The position numbers and the translations under genes are program-made. Below are positions 24,770-32,000 of a DNA stretch of 32,000 bases, one piece after another. How positions within the stretch are numbered: the stretch's first letter is position 1; the number at the start of each line of letters is the position of its first letter. The notes under the pieces are model-generated. The model worked only from the letters and a program-made list of their open reading frames with translations, ran no database searches and was not told where the DNA came from. This stretch comes from Propionibacterium ruminifibrarum (GTDB taxonomy: Bacteria; Actinomycetota; Actinomycetes; Propionibacteriales; Propionibacteriaceae): assembly GCF_900289195.1 (NCBI RefSeq), contig NZ_OMOH01000004.1, positions 240,001 through 272,000 of the forward strand. Reading direction: 5' to 3'.

Positions 24770-25153
24770 TCCCGCCTCTGGATGGATGCCCTGGCGGCCG
24801 GCCCCGAGACGGCCGCGGCGCTCGGTGTGCGGGTCGGGGCCATGCGCGTCGGCCTGTTCGTCGGGCTGGGCGTGCTCATCGGCTGCCTGGTGGCGGTCAG
24901 CGGCGGCATCGGCTTCGTCGGTCTCATCGTCCCGCACGCGGCGCGCATGATGGTCGGCTCACTGCACCGGCGCATGCTGCCGATCGCCGCGCTGACCGGC
25001 GCGCTGTTCCTGCTGTGGGTCGACGTCATCTCGCGGGTCGCCGTCCGCCCGCAGGAGATCCCCATCGGCGTGGTCACCGGCGTGATCGGCGCCCCCGTCT
25101 TCCTGGTGCTCATGGGGCGGCGCCGGTACGCGTTCGGGGGTCGTGACGCATGA
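24770..25153 (+). pseudogene. 3'-terminal third of a FecCD/BtuC-family ABC permease gene (5' two-thirds missing)
   Basis: The frame opens right after TAA 24767-24769. LDALAAGPETAAALGVRVGAMR..GGIGFVGLIVPHAARMMVG...IPIGVVTGVIGAPVFLVLM is the C-terminal part of FecCD permeases, which are normally about 330-350 aa; only about 127 codons are present. The stop overlaps the ATPase start (ATGA). Confidence 0.75.
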
Positions 25154-25977
25154 AGACCAGGACCAGGAAACCGGCACGCCCCAGCCGTACCGCGCAGATT
25201 CCCGAGATCCGGCTCGAGGACGTCGCCGCCCAGGTCGAGGGCCACGTCGTCGTCCGCGGCGTCAGCCTCACGATCGGGCCGGGCACGAAACTGGCGCTGG
25301 TCGGCACGAACGGCGCCGGCAAGTCGACGCTGCTGCGCACCATCGCCGGCATCGCGGCCCCGGCGGCCGGCCGGGTGCTGCTCGACGGGCAGCCGCTGAG
25401 GGACCTCGCGCCGCGGGAACGGGCCCGCATCATCGCCTTCGTCTCCCAGGAGGAGACCCCGCCGGACGACCTGCGCCTGGGCGAGATGGTCGCCCTGGGA
25501 CGCATCCCGTACCGCAGCCCGTGGTCGATGACCACGCACGGCGAGCTGCACATCGTCCGCGAGGCGCTGTCCGCGCTCGGACTCGGCGACCGGCTGGAGA
25601 CGCCCTGCACGAACCTGTCCGGCGGGGAGCGGCGGCGCGCCATGATCGCCCGCGGCCTGGCCCAGCGCTGCCCGGTGCTCATGCTCGACGAACCGACGAA
25701 CCACCTCGACATCGCCTGGCAGCTGCGGCTGCTCGACCTGCTCGGCGCCCAGCCGACGACGGTCATCGCGGCCATCCACGACATCGACACCGTGCTGCGC
25801 CACTTCGACCTGGTGGCCGTCCTCCACGACGGACGCCTCCAGGCCTTCGGCAGGCCCACCGAGGTGCTCGACACCGGCCTCATGGGCGAGGCCTTCGCCG
25901 TCGAGGCCATGCAGATATCCCACCCGGAAACCCACCAGAGTCACCTGCTCATCAGCGGGGGAAAGGACCACCGATGA
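25150..25977 (+). CDS. ABC transporter ATP-binding protein (FepC/BtuD-like, iron-siderophore/cobalamin class)
   Basis: Walker A GTNGAGKSTLL, signature LSGGERRRAMIARGL and Walker B VLMLDEPTNHLD. The product is 275 aa. Confidence 0.9.
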   Translation: MKTRTRKPARPSRTAQIPEIRLEDVAAQVEGHVVVRGVSLTIGPGTKLALVGTNGAGKSTLLRTIAGIAAPAAGRVLLDGQPLRDLAPRERARIIAFVSQEETPPDDLRLGEMVALGRIPYRSPWSMTTHGELHIVREALSALGLGDRLETPCTNLSGGERRRAMIARGLAQRCPVLMLDEPTNHLDIAWQLRLLDLLGAQPTTVIAAIHDIDTVLRHFDLVAVLHDGRLQAFGRPTEVLDTGLMGEAFAVEAMQISHPETHQSHLLISGGKDHR

Positions 25978-27059
25978 AGATCTCCCGGCTCGCACCCGCC
26001 GGACTGCTCACCCTGGCGCTCGTCGCCGCCGGATGCGGCTCGGGCACGGACTCCGGCGCCGACGCGAACTCCGACTCCTCGTCCGCCGGCACCGTCCAGC
26101 TCACCAACTGCGGCGAGACCAAGCAGTACCCGAGCCCGACCACCCGGCTGTTCGTCAACGACGGCAACATCATCTCGATCGCCCTGGCCGCGGGGGCTGC
26201 CGACGACATCGTCGCCGTGTCGAGCATGCAGCGCGACCGGGACGTGCTGGCCCTCAAGTACGGCGCCGAGACGGTCGACGGCCTCAACCAGGTCGCCGAG
26301 AAGTACCCGACGATGGAGAACATCGTCGCCGCCTCGCCGCAGGTGGTCTTCGCCGGCTGGGGCTACGGCTTCTCCGAGGAGAAGAACCTCACCCCGGACG
26401 GGCTGAGCCAGCAGGGCATCGAGAGCTATCTGCTGTCGGAGACCTGCCGGCAGGACGACGGCAACCGCGGCACGATGGACCCCTGGGACGCCCTGACCAC
26501 CGACATCGCCAATGTGGGCGAGATGACCGGCCACGAGGAGACCGCCGAGTCGGTCGTGGCAGACATCAACGACCGGCGCCAGGCGCTGGAGCAGGCCCCG
26601 CAGGCCGACACCAGGCCCACCGCTTTCCTGTTCGACTCCAGCTCGGACACCATCTTCTCGTCCGGGTCCTTCGGCGCCCCGCAGGCCATGATGGACTCGG
26701 CCGGTGTCACCAACGCCCTCGCCGACGTCGAGGACACCTGGACCTCGGTGAGCTGGGAGCGTCTGGCCACCGCCGACCCCGACATCATCTTCTTCGTCGA
26801 CTACCCGGGCCAGAGCTACGACGAGAAGATCGAAGCGCTGCGGTCGAACGACGCGACGAAGGACCTGGCGGCGGTCAAGGAGGAGCGCTTCGTCAACCTG
26901 CCCTACGCCATGTGGACCTCGGGCCCGCTCAACATCGACGGCGCCGAATACCTGCGCGTCGCGCTCGAGCACTACGGCCTGCAGCCGGCCTCGGGCGTCC
27001 AGACCCGGCTGGACCTGTCCGAACTGGCCGACCTGCCCGGCAACGAGTGGATGAAGTAG
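25974..27059 (+). CDS. Lipoprotein substrate-binding protein of the FecB/BtuF-type ABC importer
   Basis: ATG 25974 overlaps the ATPase stop (ATGA). The signal peptide carries the lipobox LVAAGC. The 361-aa product sits in a permease-ATPase-SBP operon context. The longer 638-aa track ORF is an out-of-frame extension. Confidence 0.8.
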   Translation: MKISRLAPAGLLTLALVAAGCGSGTDSGADANSDSSSAGTVQLTNCGETKQYPSPTTRLFVNDGNIISIALAAGAADDIVAVSSMQRDRDVLALKYGAETVDGLNQVAEKYPTMENIVAASPQVVFAGWGYGFSEEKNLTPDGLSQQGIESYLLSETCRQDDGNRGTMDPWDALTTDIANVGEMTGHEETAESVVADINDRRQALEQAPQADTRPTAFLFDSSSDTIFSSGSFGAPQAMMDSAGVTNALADVEDTWTSVSWERLATADPDIIFFVDYPGQSYDEKIEALRSNDATKDLAAVKEERFVNLPYAMWTSGPLNIDGAEYLRVALEHYGLQPASGVQTRLDLSELADLPGNEWMK

Positions 27060-27086
27060 ACGCTCGGCGTGGGACGGGCGCCCGCA

Positions 27087-27145
27087 GCCATGCCCGGCAG
27101 GGCATGGCCAGCCGGCCCCCGGCGGGTGCAACCGCAGGGGGCCGG
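27087..27145. terminator. Two adjacent GC-rich hairpins between convergent genes
   Basis: GCCATGCCC-ggca-GGGCATGGC (27087-27108) and CCGGCCCCC...GGGGGCCGG (27112-27145, with an inner GCGG/CCGC extension). No clear T-tract follows. Confidence 0.4.
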
Positions 27146-27172
27146 TCGGGCTGACGCGAGGAGTCCCGCCCC

Positions 27173-28504
27173 TCAGCCGGCCGTCTGCGAGCCGCTCTCC
27201 TTGGCTGAGGCCGCCAGTTCCTCGGAGCTGACGAGGCCGGTGACCGAGACGCCGTCGAGGTAGGCCATCGGGTCGAAGTCCTGCTCGCGGGCGCTGCCGC
27301 CCCTGCGGATCCGGCCGCCCGCCATCGTGTCGATGATGATCGCGAGGGCGCCGTCGCCGGTGACATTGGTGGCGGTGCCGAAGGAGTCGAGGGCGATGTA
27401 GGTGGCGATCATGAGTGCCACCTGGGCCTCGTCGAAGCCCAGCATCGAGGTGAGCAGGCCGGTCGCGGCCATGATGGCCCCGCCGGGCACGCCGGGGGCG
27501 GCGACCATCGTGATGCCGAGCATGAAGATGAAGCCGACCCACTGGACGGCGGAGACGTCGATGCCCTGGGTCCAGGCGATCGCGAAGGCGAAGGCGAAGA
27601 TCTTCGACGTGGAGCCGGCCAGGTGGATCGTCGCGCACAGCGGCACGGTGAAGGAGGCGACGGCGTCGGACACGCCGTTGCGGCGGGTCTGACGCAGGGT
27701 GACGGGGATGGTCGCGGCCGAGGACGAGGTGCCCAGGGCGGTCAGATAGGCGGGCAGCATCGTGACGAGGGCCTTCACCGGGTTCCGGCGGCCGGCGAGA
27801 CCGGCGACGCAGTACTGGGCGCCGAGGATGACGACCTCGAGGAGCAGGACGACGACGACCACCCGGACGAGCGTGCGCATGATCGCCCAGGCCTCGCCGG
27901 TGTAGGTGAGGTTGAGGAAGATGCCGAAGATGTGCAGGGGCAGCAACGGGATGATGATCCGCTCGATGAGCTTGGTGATGATCGCGCGGAACTCGATGAA
28001 TCCCTTGCGCAGGACACCGCGCGGCACCATGGCCAACCCGATGCCGACGACGAAGGACAGGAGCAGGGCGGTCATGACCTCGACCACCGGGGGCATCTCG
28101 ACGGTGAAGTAGCTCTCGAGGGCCGATCCCGGCTCCTCGACGTCGGCGAGGGACGACCCGGCCAGCACCCGCGGGAAGGTCGTCGCGCACACGAGGTAGG
28201 TGAGGAAGCCGGAGAAGAGCGTCGATGTGTAGGCCAGGGCCGCCGTGACGCCGAGCCACTTGCCGGCGCCGCGTCCCAGGTCGGCGATGGCCGGGGTGAC
28301 CAGCCCGATGATGATGAGCGGGATCGAGAAGGTGAGGAACTGGCTGAACAGGTCGGAGAAGGTCGCGAAGACACGGCCGACGCCGACCGGCAGCACGTGG
28401 CGGCCACCAATGGTCACCGAGCCGAGCACGAGGGCGAGGACGATGGCTGCGAGCACCCACACGAGGATGCCGCCCCTGGACAGGGCTGAGCGGAGCGAGG
28501 ACAT
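27173..28504 (-). CDS. Dicarboxylate/amino acid:cation symporter family transporter (SstT/GltP-like)
   Basis: ATG 28504 follows gaaaggac. The 443-aa polytopic product carries the family motif ALGTSSSAATIPVTL and GVPGGAIMA. The track's N-terminal extension to 28705 is rejected. Confidence 0.85.
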   Translation of the reverse strand: MSSLRSALSRGGILVWVLAAIVLALVLGSVTIGGRHVLPVGVGRVFATFSDLFSQFLTFSIPLIIIGLVTPAIADLGRGAGKWLGVTAALAYTSTLFSGFLTYLVCATTFPRVLAGSSLADVEEPGSALESYFTVEMPPVVEVMTALLLSFVVGIGLAMVPRGVLRKGFIEFRAIITKLIERIIIPLLPLHIFGIFLNLTYTGEAWAIMRTLVRVVVVVLLLEVVILGAQYCVAGLAGRRNPVKALVTMLPAYLTALGTSSSAATIPVTLRQTRRNGVSDAVASFTVPLCATIHLAGSTSKIFAFAFAIAWTQGIDVSAVQWVGFIFMLGITMVAAPGVPGGAIMAATGLLTSMLGFDEAQVALMIATYIALDSFGTATNVTGDGALAIIIDTMAGGRIRRGGSAREQDFDPMAYLDGVSVTGLVSSEELAASAKESGSQTAG

Positions 28505-28766
28505 GCGGGTCCTTTCGACAGAGGGGCGGCGGGCGGCCTGCCCTTTCGCACGAAAGGATCTCATACGCGCGGGCGGCATGGCGCACTGGCGGCCGGGCGC
28601 GGACGGCCGCCCGGTTCTGGTTGGGCCGCGCTCATAAAATAACCAGGGTTTTCCGGACATTCCCAGCCGACGCCGGGTCCGGGCGCACCTCGGGCCGCGG
28701 CGCACGAGACGATCGCCCCTGCGCCCGGCATCGGATCATCGGATTCACTTCAGACACGGAGACCGA

Positions 28767-30635
28767 ATGAGCAATACCCTTCTCCCGGCCCCGACCCCGG
28801 GCCTCCGCGACACCGTGGACACATACATTCGGCGCAGGGGGCGGCTCCTCGCCTTCCAGACCAACGAGACCTACGCCGCGGCGGCGCTCGCCCTGGGCAC
28901 TCTCGCCGCCCTGATCTGGGCGAACATCGGGGACAGCTATCACGTGTTCTGGCAGACCCCGACGACGCTCGCCGCCGGCCCGTTCGGCGTCGACCTCACC
29001 CTGCACGAGTGGGTGGACGAGGGCCTCATGGCGGTCTTCTTCTTCATGGTGGGCCTCGACGTGCGCCGCGACCTAACCCTGGGCGAGCTGCGCCTGCCCG
29101 GACGAGCGCTGCTGCCGGCCGCCGCCGCGATCGGCGGGCTGGTGGTCCCGGCGCTCGTCTACCTGCTCATCATCGGCGACTCGGGCGGCGCCCACGCGTG
29201 GGGCTCGGTGATCTCCACCGACACGGCCTTCGCCCTGGGCATGCTCGCCCTCATCGGCCCCAAGCGGGCGCCGCGGCTGCGGCTGTTCCTGCTCGCCTTC
29301 GCCGTCATCGACGACATCGGCGCGCTGGCGGTCATCGCGATCTTCTACTCCGGCTCGCTCAACCTCGTCGCCCTCGGGGCCGCGGCGGCCGGCCTGCTCC
29401 TGGTGTGGCTGATGGCCCGCCGGGGCGTGTGGCGGGTGCCGCCCTATCTCGTGCTCGGCGTCGTCATCTGGTACGCGGTCTACCGGTCGGGCGTGCACGC
29501 CACCCTGGCCGGGGTGCTCATCGCCCTGCTCATGCCCGTGTACAACGTGCGCAGCGAGGACGTCGATGCCGCCGGCGAGTTCACCGCGCTGTACCGGCAG
29601 GCGCCGGCGCCCGGCACCGCCAGGATGCTGCGGGAGTCGCTGAACCACTCCATGCCGCTCAACCAGCGACTGGCGTTCGTGCTGCCCCCGTACGTCAACT
29701 ACGTGGTGGTGCCCCTGTTCGCCCTGGCCAACGCGGGCGTCGAACTGAGCGCCGACATCATCGGCGGGCTGGTGATCGGCAAGCTCATCGGCGTCGTCCT
29801 CGGTGCGGGCCTCGTGCTGCGGTTCGTGCCGGCCTCGCGCATGCCGGGCCTGGACGTGCCCCGGATCCTGGGGCTGGGTGCCCTGTCCGGCATGGGGTTC
29901 ACCATCTCGCTGCTCGTGGTGAACATCGCGCTGGAGGACGAGACCCTGCGCGACCAGGCTCGCCTCGGCGTCCTCGTGGCGTCCCTGGCGGCGTTCGTCC
30001 TCGCCGCCGTCATCTTCCGGGTCACCAGCCGCATCTGGCCGCTTCCGGCTCCGCGCGGGGAGACCCTGTGCCGGCCGCCCTCGCCCGACCAGGAGCTGAC
30101 CTTCGGCAGTCTCGACGCCCCGCACGTGCTCATCAACTACGCCGACATGAGTCACGAGGACCGCTGGCGTCTCGCCGAGGCCCTCTACGGCCTCCAGCCA
30201 CTCATCGATTCCGGTGAGGTGCTGCTGATCCTGCGTCACAAGCTGTCGGGGCCGGAGAGCCTGCTCGCGGCGCTCGCGCTCGAGGCGGCCGGGGCGAACA
30301 AGGAGCCGAACCTGTGGCCCTTCCACGACGCCATCGCCGTGCTGCGTGGTCGTATCAGCCCACGGTCCATCACCCGGGTCGCCCGCGAGGTCGGCATCGA
30401 CGTCGAGGCCCTGTGGCGGCGCATCGACTCCCGGGCGGACGAGGCCAAGGTGCTCGCCGACTCCGCCGAGGTCGAGGGGCTGACCGAGGACGCCAGCCCG
30501 GTCGTCTACATCGACGGGCGCCGATTCGACCAGCTGCTCAACCGCTGGACGTTCTCCGAGGAGATCACCCGGTTGCAGCAGGCCGCAGCGGACTCGGGCC
30601 CCGATCCGGCCCCCGACGAGGCCGACGAGGCCTGA
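28767..30635 (+). CDS. nhaA: Na+/H+ antiporter NhaA fused to a C-terminal DsbA-like thioredoxin-fold domain lacking CxxC
   Basis: NhaA motifs WVDEGLMAVFFFMVGLDVRRD, STDTAFALG and AVIDDIGAL. The C-terminal ~190 aa follow the DsbA/Thioredoxin_4 pattern (APHVLINYADM-SHED-RW...LWPFHDAI...PVVYIDGRRF), with SHED where CxxC is expected. Confidence 0.85.
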   Translation: MSNTLLPAPTPGLRDTVDTYIRRRGRLLAFQTNETYAAAALALGTLAALIWANIGDSYHVFWQTPTTLAAGPFGVDLTLHEWVDEGLMAVFFFMVGLDVRRDLTLGELRLPGRALLPAAAAIGGLVVPALVYLLIIGDSGGAHAWGSVISTDTAFALGMLALIGPKRAPRLRLFLLAFAVIDDIGALAVIAIFYSGSLNLVALGAAAAGLLLVWLMARRGVWRVPPYLVLGVVIWYAVYRSGVHATLAGVLIALLMPVYNVRSEDVDAAGEFTALYRQAPAPGTARMLRESLNHSMPLNQRLAFVLPPYVNYVVVPLFALANAGVELSADIIGGLVIGKLIGVVLGAGLVLRFVPASRMPGLDVPRILGLGALSGMGFTISLLVVNIALEDETLRDQARLGVLVASLAAFVLAAVIFRVTSRIWPLPAPRGETLCRPPSPDQELTFGSLDAPHVLINYADMSHEDRWRLAEALYGLQPLIDSGEVLLILRHKLSGPESLLAALALEAAGANKEPNLWPFHDAIAVLRGRISPRSITRVAREVGIDVEALWRRIDSRADEAKVLADSAEVEGLTEDASPVVYIDGRRFDQLLNRWTFSEEITRLQQAAADSGPDPAPDEADEA

Positions 30636-30803
30636 GCAGGTCGGGCACGGCGCCGGTAGGGTCGAGGAGCGCACTTCCAGCGGGCCGACAGTGCTGCACG
30701 GCCACGGCGCCAGTTCGCGCAGGGTGTGCCCTTGGCAGGGAAGGACCCGCACCGGGACGCACCCGGGTCGAATGGAGGGCTCTCACCCAAGGCCGCCACG
30801 ACA

Positions 30804-30829
30804 CCGCCCGGCCATTGGCGGCCGGGCGG
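30804..30829 (-). terminator. Hairpin immediately downstream of lysS
   Basis: CCGCCCGGCC-attggc-GGCCGGGCGG is a perfect 10-bp stem, 4 nt past the lysS stop codon (30834-30836). There is no T-tract. Confidence 0.4.
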
Positions 30830-30833
30830 AGGG

Positions 30834-32000
30834 TCAGCCCTGGGGGCGCAGCAGCGGGAACAGGATCGTCTCGCGGATCCCGGTGCCGGTGAACAGCATG
30901 ATGAGCCGGTCGACGCCCAGGCCGAGCCCGCCCATGGGCGGGCAGCCCTGTTCGAGCGCGGCGAGGAAGTCCTCGTCGAGCTGCATGGCCTCGGGGTCGC
31001 CGGCGGCCGCGGCGAGCGACTGGGCCGTGAGGATCTCGCGCTGGACGACAGGGTCGACGAGTTCACTGAAGCCGGTGCCGCGCTCCATGCCGCCGATGAT
31101 GAGGTCCCAGGCCTCGATGCAACCGGGCTTGGAGCGGTGGCGGCGTGCCAGCGGCTGGGCGATCTCGGGATAGTCGCAGACGAAGGTCGGCTGCAGCAGG
31201 TCCTTCTCGACGAGCTCGCCGAAGAGTTCGACGACCATCTTCTGAGCCCCCCAGTCCGCGCTGAAGCCCACCTGATGGGCCTCGGCGATCCGGCGCAGCT
31301 CATCGAGGGGGGTCTCGGGGGTGATCTCCTGGCCGAGCCGGTTGGACAGGCCCTCGTGGACGGGCAGCCACGCCCATTCGCCGTCGAGGTCGATGACGCC
31401 GCGCTCGGTCTCGATCCGGTGGGTGCCGAGGGCGTCGGCGACCCGCATGATGACGGCCTTGAGGGTGTCGGCGATCGTGAACTGGTCGCCCCAGCTCTGG
31501 TAGGCCTCGAGCATCGTGAACTCGGGGCTGTGCGAGGAGTCGACGCCCTCGTTGCGGAAGACCCGCCCGATCTCGTAGACCCGGTCGGCGCCGCCGACCA
31601 TGACGCGCTTGAGGTGCAGCTCGAGCGCGATGCGCAGGTACATGTCGATGTCGAAGGCGTTCAGGTGAGTGGCGAACGGGCGGGCTGCGGCGCCGCCGTG
31701 CAGGGTCTGCAGGACCGGGCCCTCGACCTCGAGGTAGCCCTGCTCCTCGAGTTCGGCGCGGATGGCGCGGGTGATGTGCGCGCGGGTACGCAGCATGGTG
31801 CGGGCCTGCTCGCGGACGATGAGGTCGTTGTGGCGCTGGCGTACGCGCGACTCCTCGGACAGCTCCTTGTGGAGGGTCGGCAGCGGGCGCAGGGCCTTGG
31901 AGGCGAGCCGCCACTGCGAGGCCAGCACCGACAGCTCGCCGCGTTTGGACGCGATGACGCGGCCGCGCACCCAGACGAAGTCACCCAGGTCGATGTCGGA
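30834..32000 (-). CDS. lysS: Lysine--tRNA ligase, class II (N-terminus beyond the right edge of the window)
   Basis: Class II motifs: RVYEIGRVFRNEG (motif 2 region), EFTMLEAY and GGLGLGVDRLIMLFTG (motif 3). The frame remains open to base 32000 (..SDIDLGDFVWVRGRVIASKRGELSV). Confidence 0.9.
   Translation of the reverse strand, partial: SDIDLGDFVWVRGRVIASKRGELSVLASQWRLASKALRPLPTLHKELSEESRVRQRHNDLIVREQARTMLRTRAHITRAIRAELEEQGYLEVEGPVLQTLHGGAAARPFATHLNAFDIDMYLRIALELHLKRVMVGGADRVYEIGRVFRNEGVDSSHSPEFTMLEAYQSWGDQFTIADTLKAVIMRVADALGTHRIETERGVIDLDGEWAWLPVHEGLSNRLGQEITPETPLDELRRIAEAHQVGFSADWGAQKMVVELFGELVEKDLLQPTFVCDYPEIAQPLARRHRSKPGCIEAWDLIIGGMERGTGFSELVDPVVQREILTAQSLAAAAGDPEAMQLDEDFLAALEQGCPPMGGLGLGVDRLIMLFTGTGIRETILFPLLRPQG

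Larger units (their letters stand above)
14890..24770 (-). other. Horizontally acquired low-GC genomic island carrying a type II PKS biosynthetic operon
   Basis: Composition changes abruptly: hand-counted lines give 38-48% G+C inside and 70-77% outside, and codon position 3 flips to A/T-rich. Eleven co-directional, tightly packed genes lie inside, with transposase debris at both edges. The right edge falls inside a permease gene. Boundaries are good to about +/-50 nt. Confidence 0.8.

Noticed and set aside
27173-28705. N-terminal 67-residue extension of the symporter ORF
   Set aside because: The extension is Arg/Pro-rich and non-hydrophobic. ATG 28504 has an RBS-like gaaaggac and begins the first TM segment.
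24700-30752. Giant antisense or out-of-frame ORFs (24700..25995 minus; 25941..28586 minus, 881 aa; 25143..27059 N-terminal part; 29073..30752 minus, 559 aa; 29009..30217 plus)
   Set aside because: These are GC-rich shadow frames over the ABC ATPase/SBP, symporter and nhaA genes. Their translations are dominated by Arg/Gly/Pro/Asp/His runs with no motifs.
1-32000. Search for tRNA/tmRNA genes at the island borders, CRISPR repeats and rRNA
   Set aside because: No cloverleaf-compatible GTTCGAnnC T-arm context, no regularly spaced direct repeats and no rRNA-like segments were recognised by eye. A tRNAscan or CRISPR finder run would be needed for certainty.

Overview
This is a high-GC actinobacterial chromosome segment; hand-counted 60-nt lines give about 70-77% G+C. 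Core genes include an HtrA-like PDZ tail, a ~1135-aa putative PPi-type PEP carboxykinase and pabA/trpG. There is also crgA, an E1alpha/E1beta/E2 2-oxoacid dehydrogenase operon, a DAACS symporter, an NhaA fusion and lysS. The PEPCK-like gene hints at Propionibacteriales or Actinomycetales, but that is inference only.

The main feature is a sharply AT-richer island at about 14.9-24.8 kb, with sampled lines at about 38-48% G+C. It is one tightly packed minus-strand operon: TetR, KS-alpha, KS-beta/CLF, ACP, ketoreductase and a di-domain SRPBCC aromatase/cyclase. These are followed by an MBL-fold (ActIV-like) enzyme, two divergent NTF2/SnoaL-like proteins, an AMP-dependent ligase and a small DUF4267-like membrane protein. 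Together these form a complete reducing type II polyketide synthase cluster of apparently foreign, low-GC origin, flanked by decayed transposase fragments.

The island lies between a + strand cobalamin riboswitch (about 14.68-14.88 kb) and the last third of a FecCD/BtuC-type permease gene. Intact ATPase and binding-protein genes follow that fragment. The B12-regulated ABC importer therefore appears orphaned from its riboswitch and truncated.

A second accessory stretch lies between pabA and crgA. It holds an RHH protein, a hicAB-like pair whose hicA is split by a 1-nt frameshift, and an ECF sigma/membrane/ABC/lipoprotein operon.

No tRNA, rRNA or CRISPR array was recognised. All family assignments come from motifs read by eye, not from database searches.
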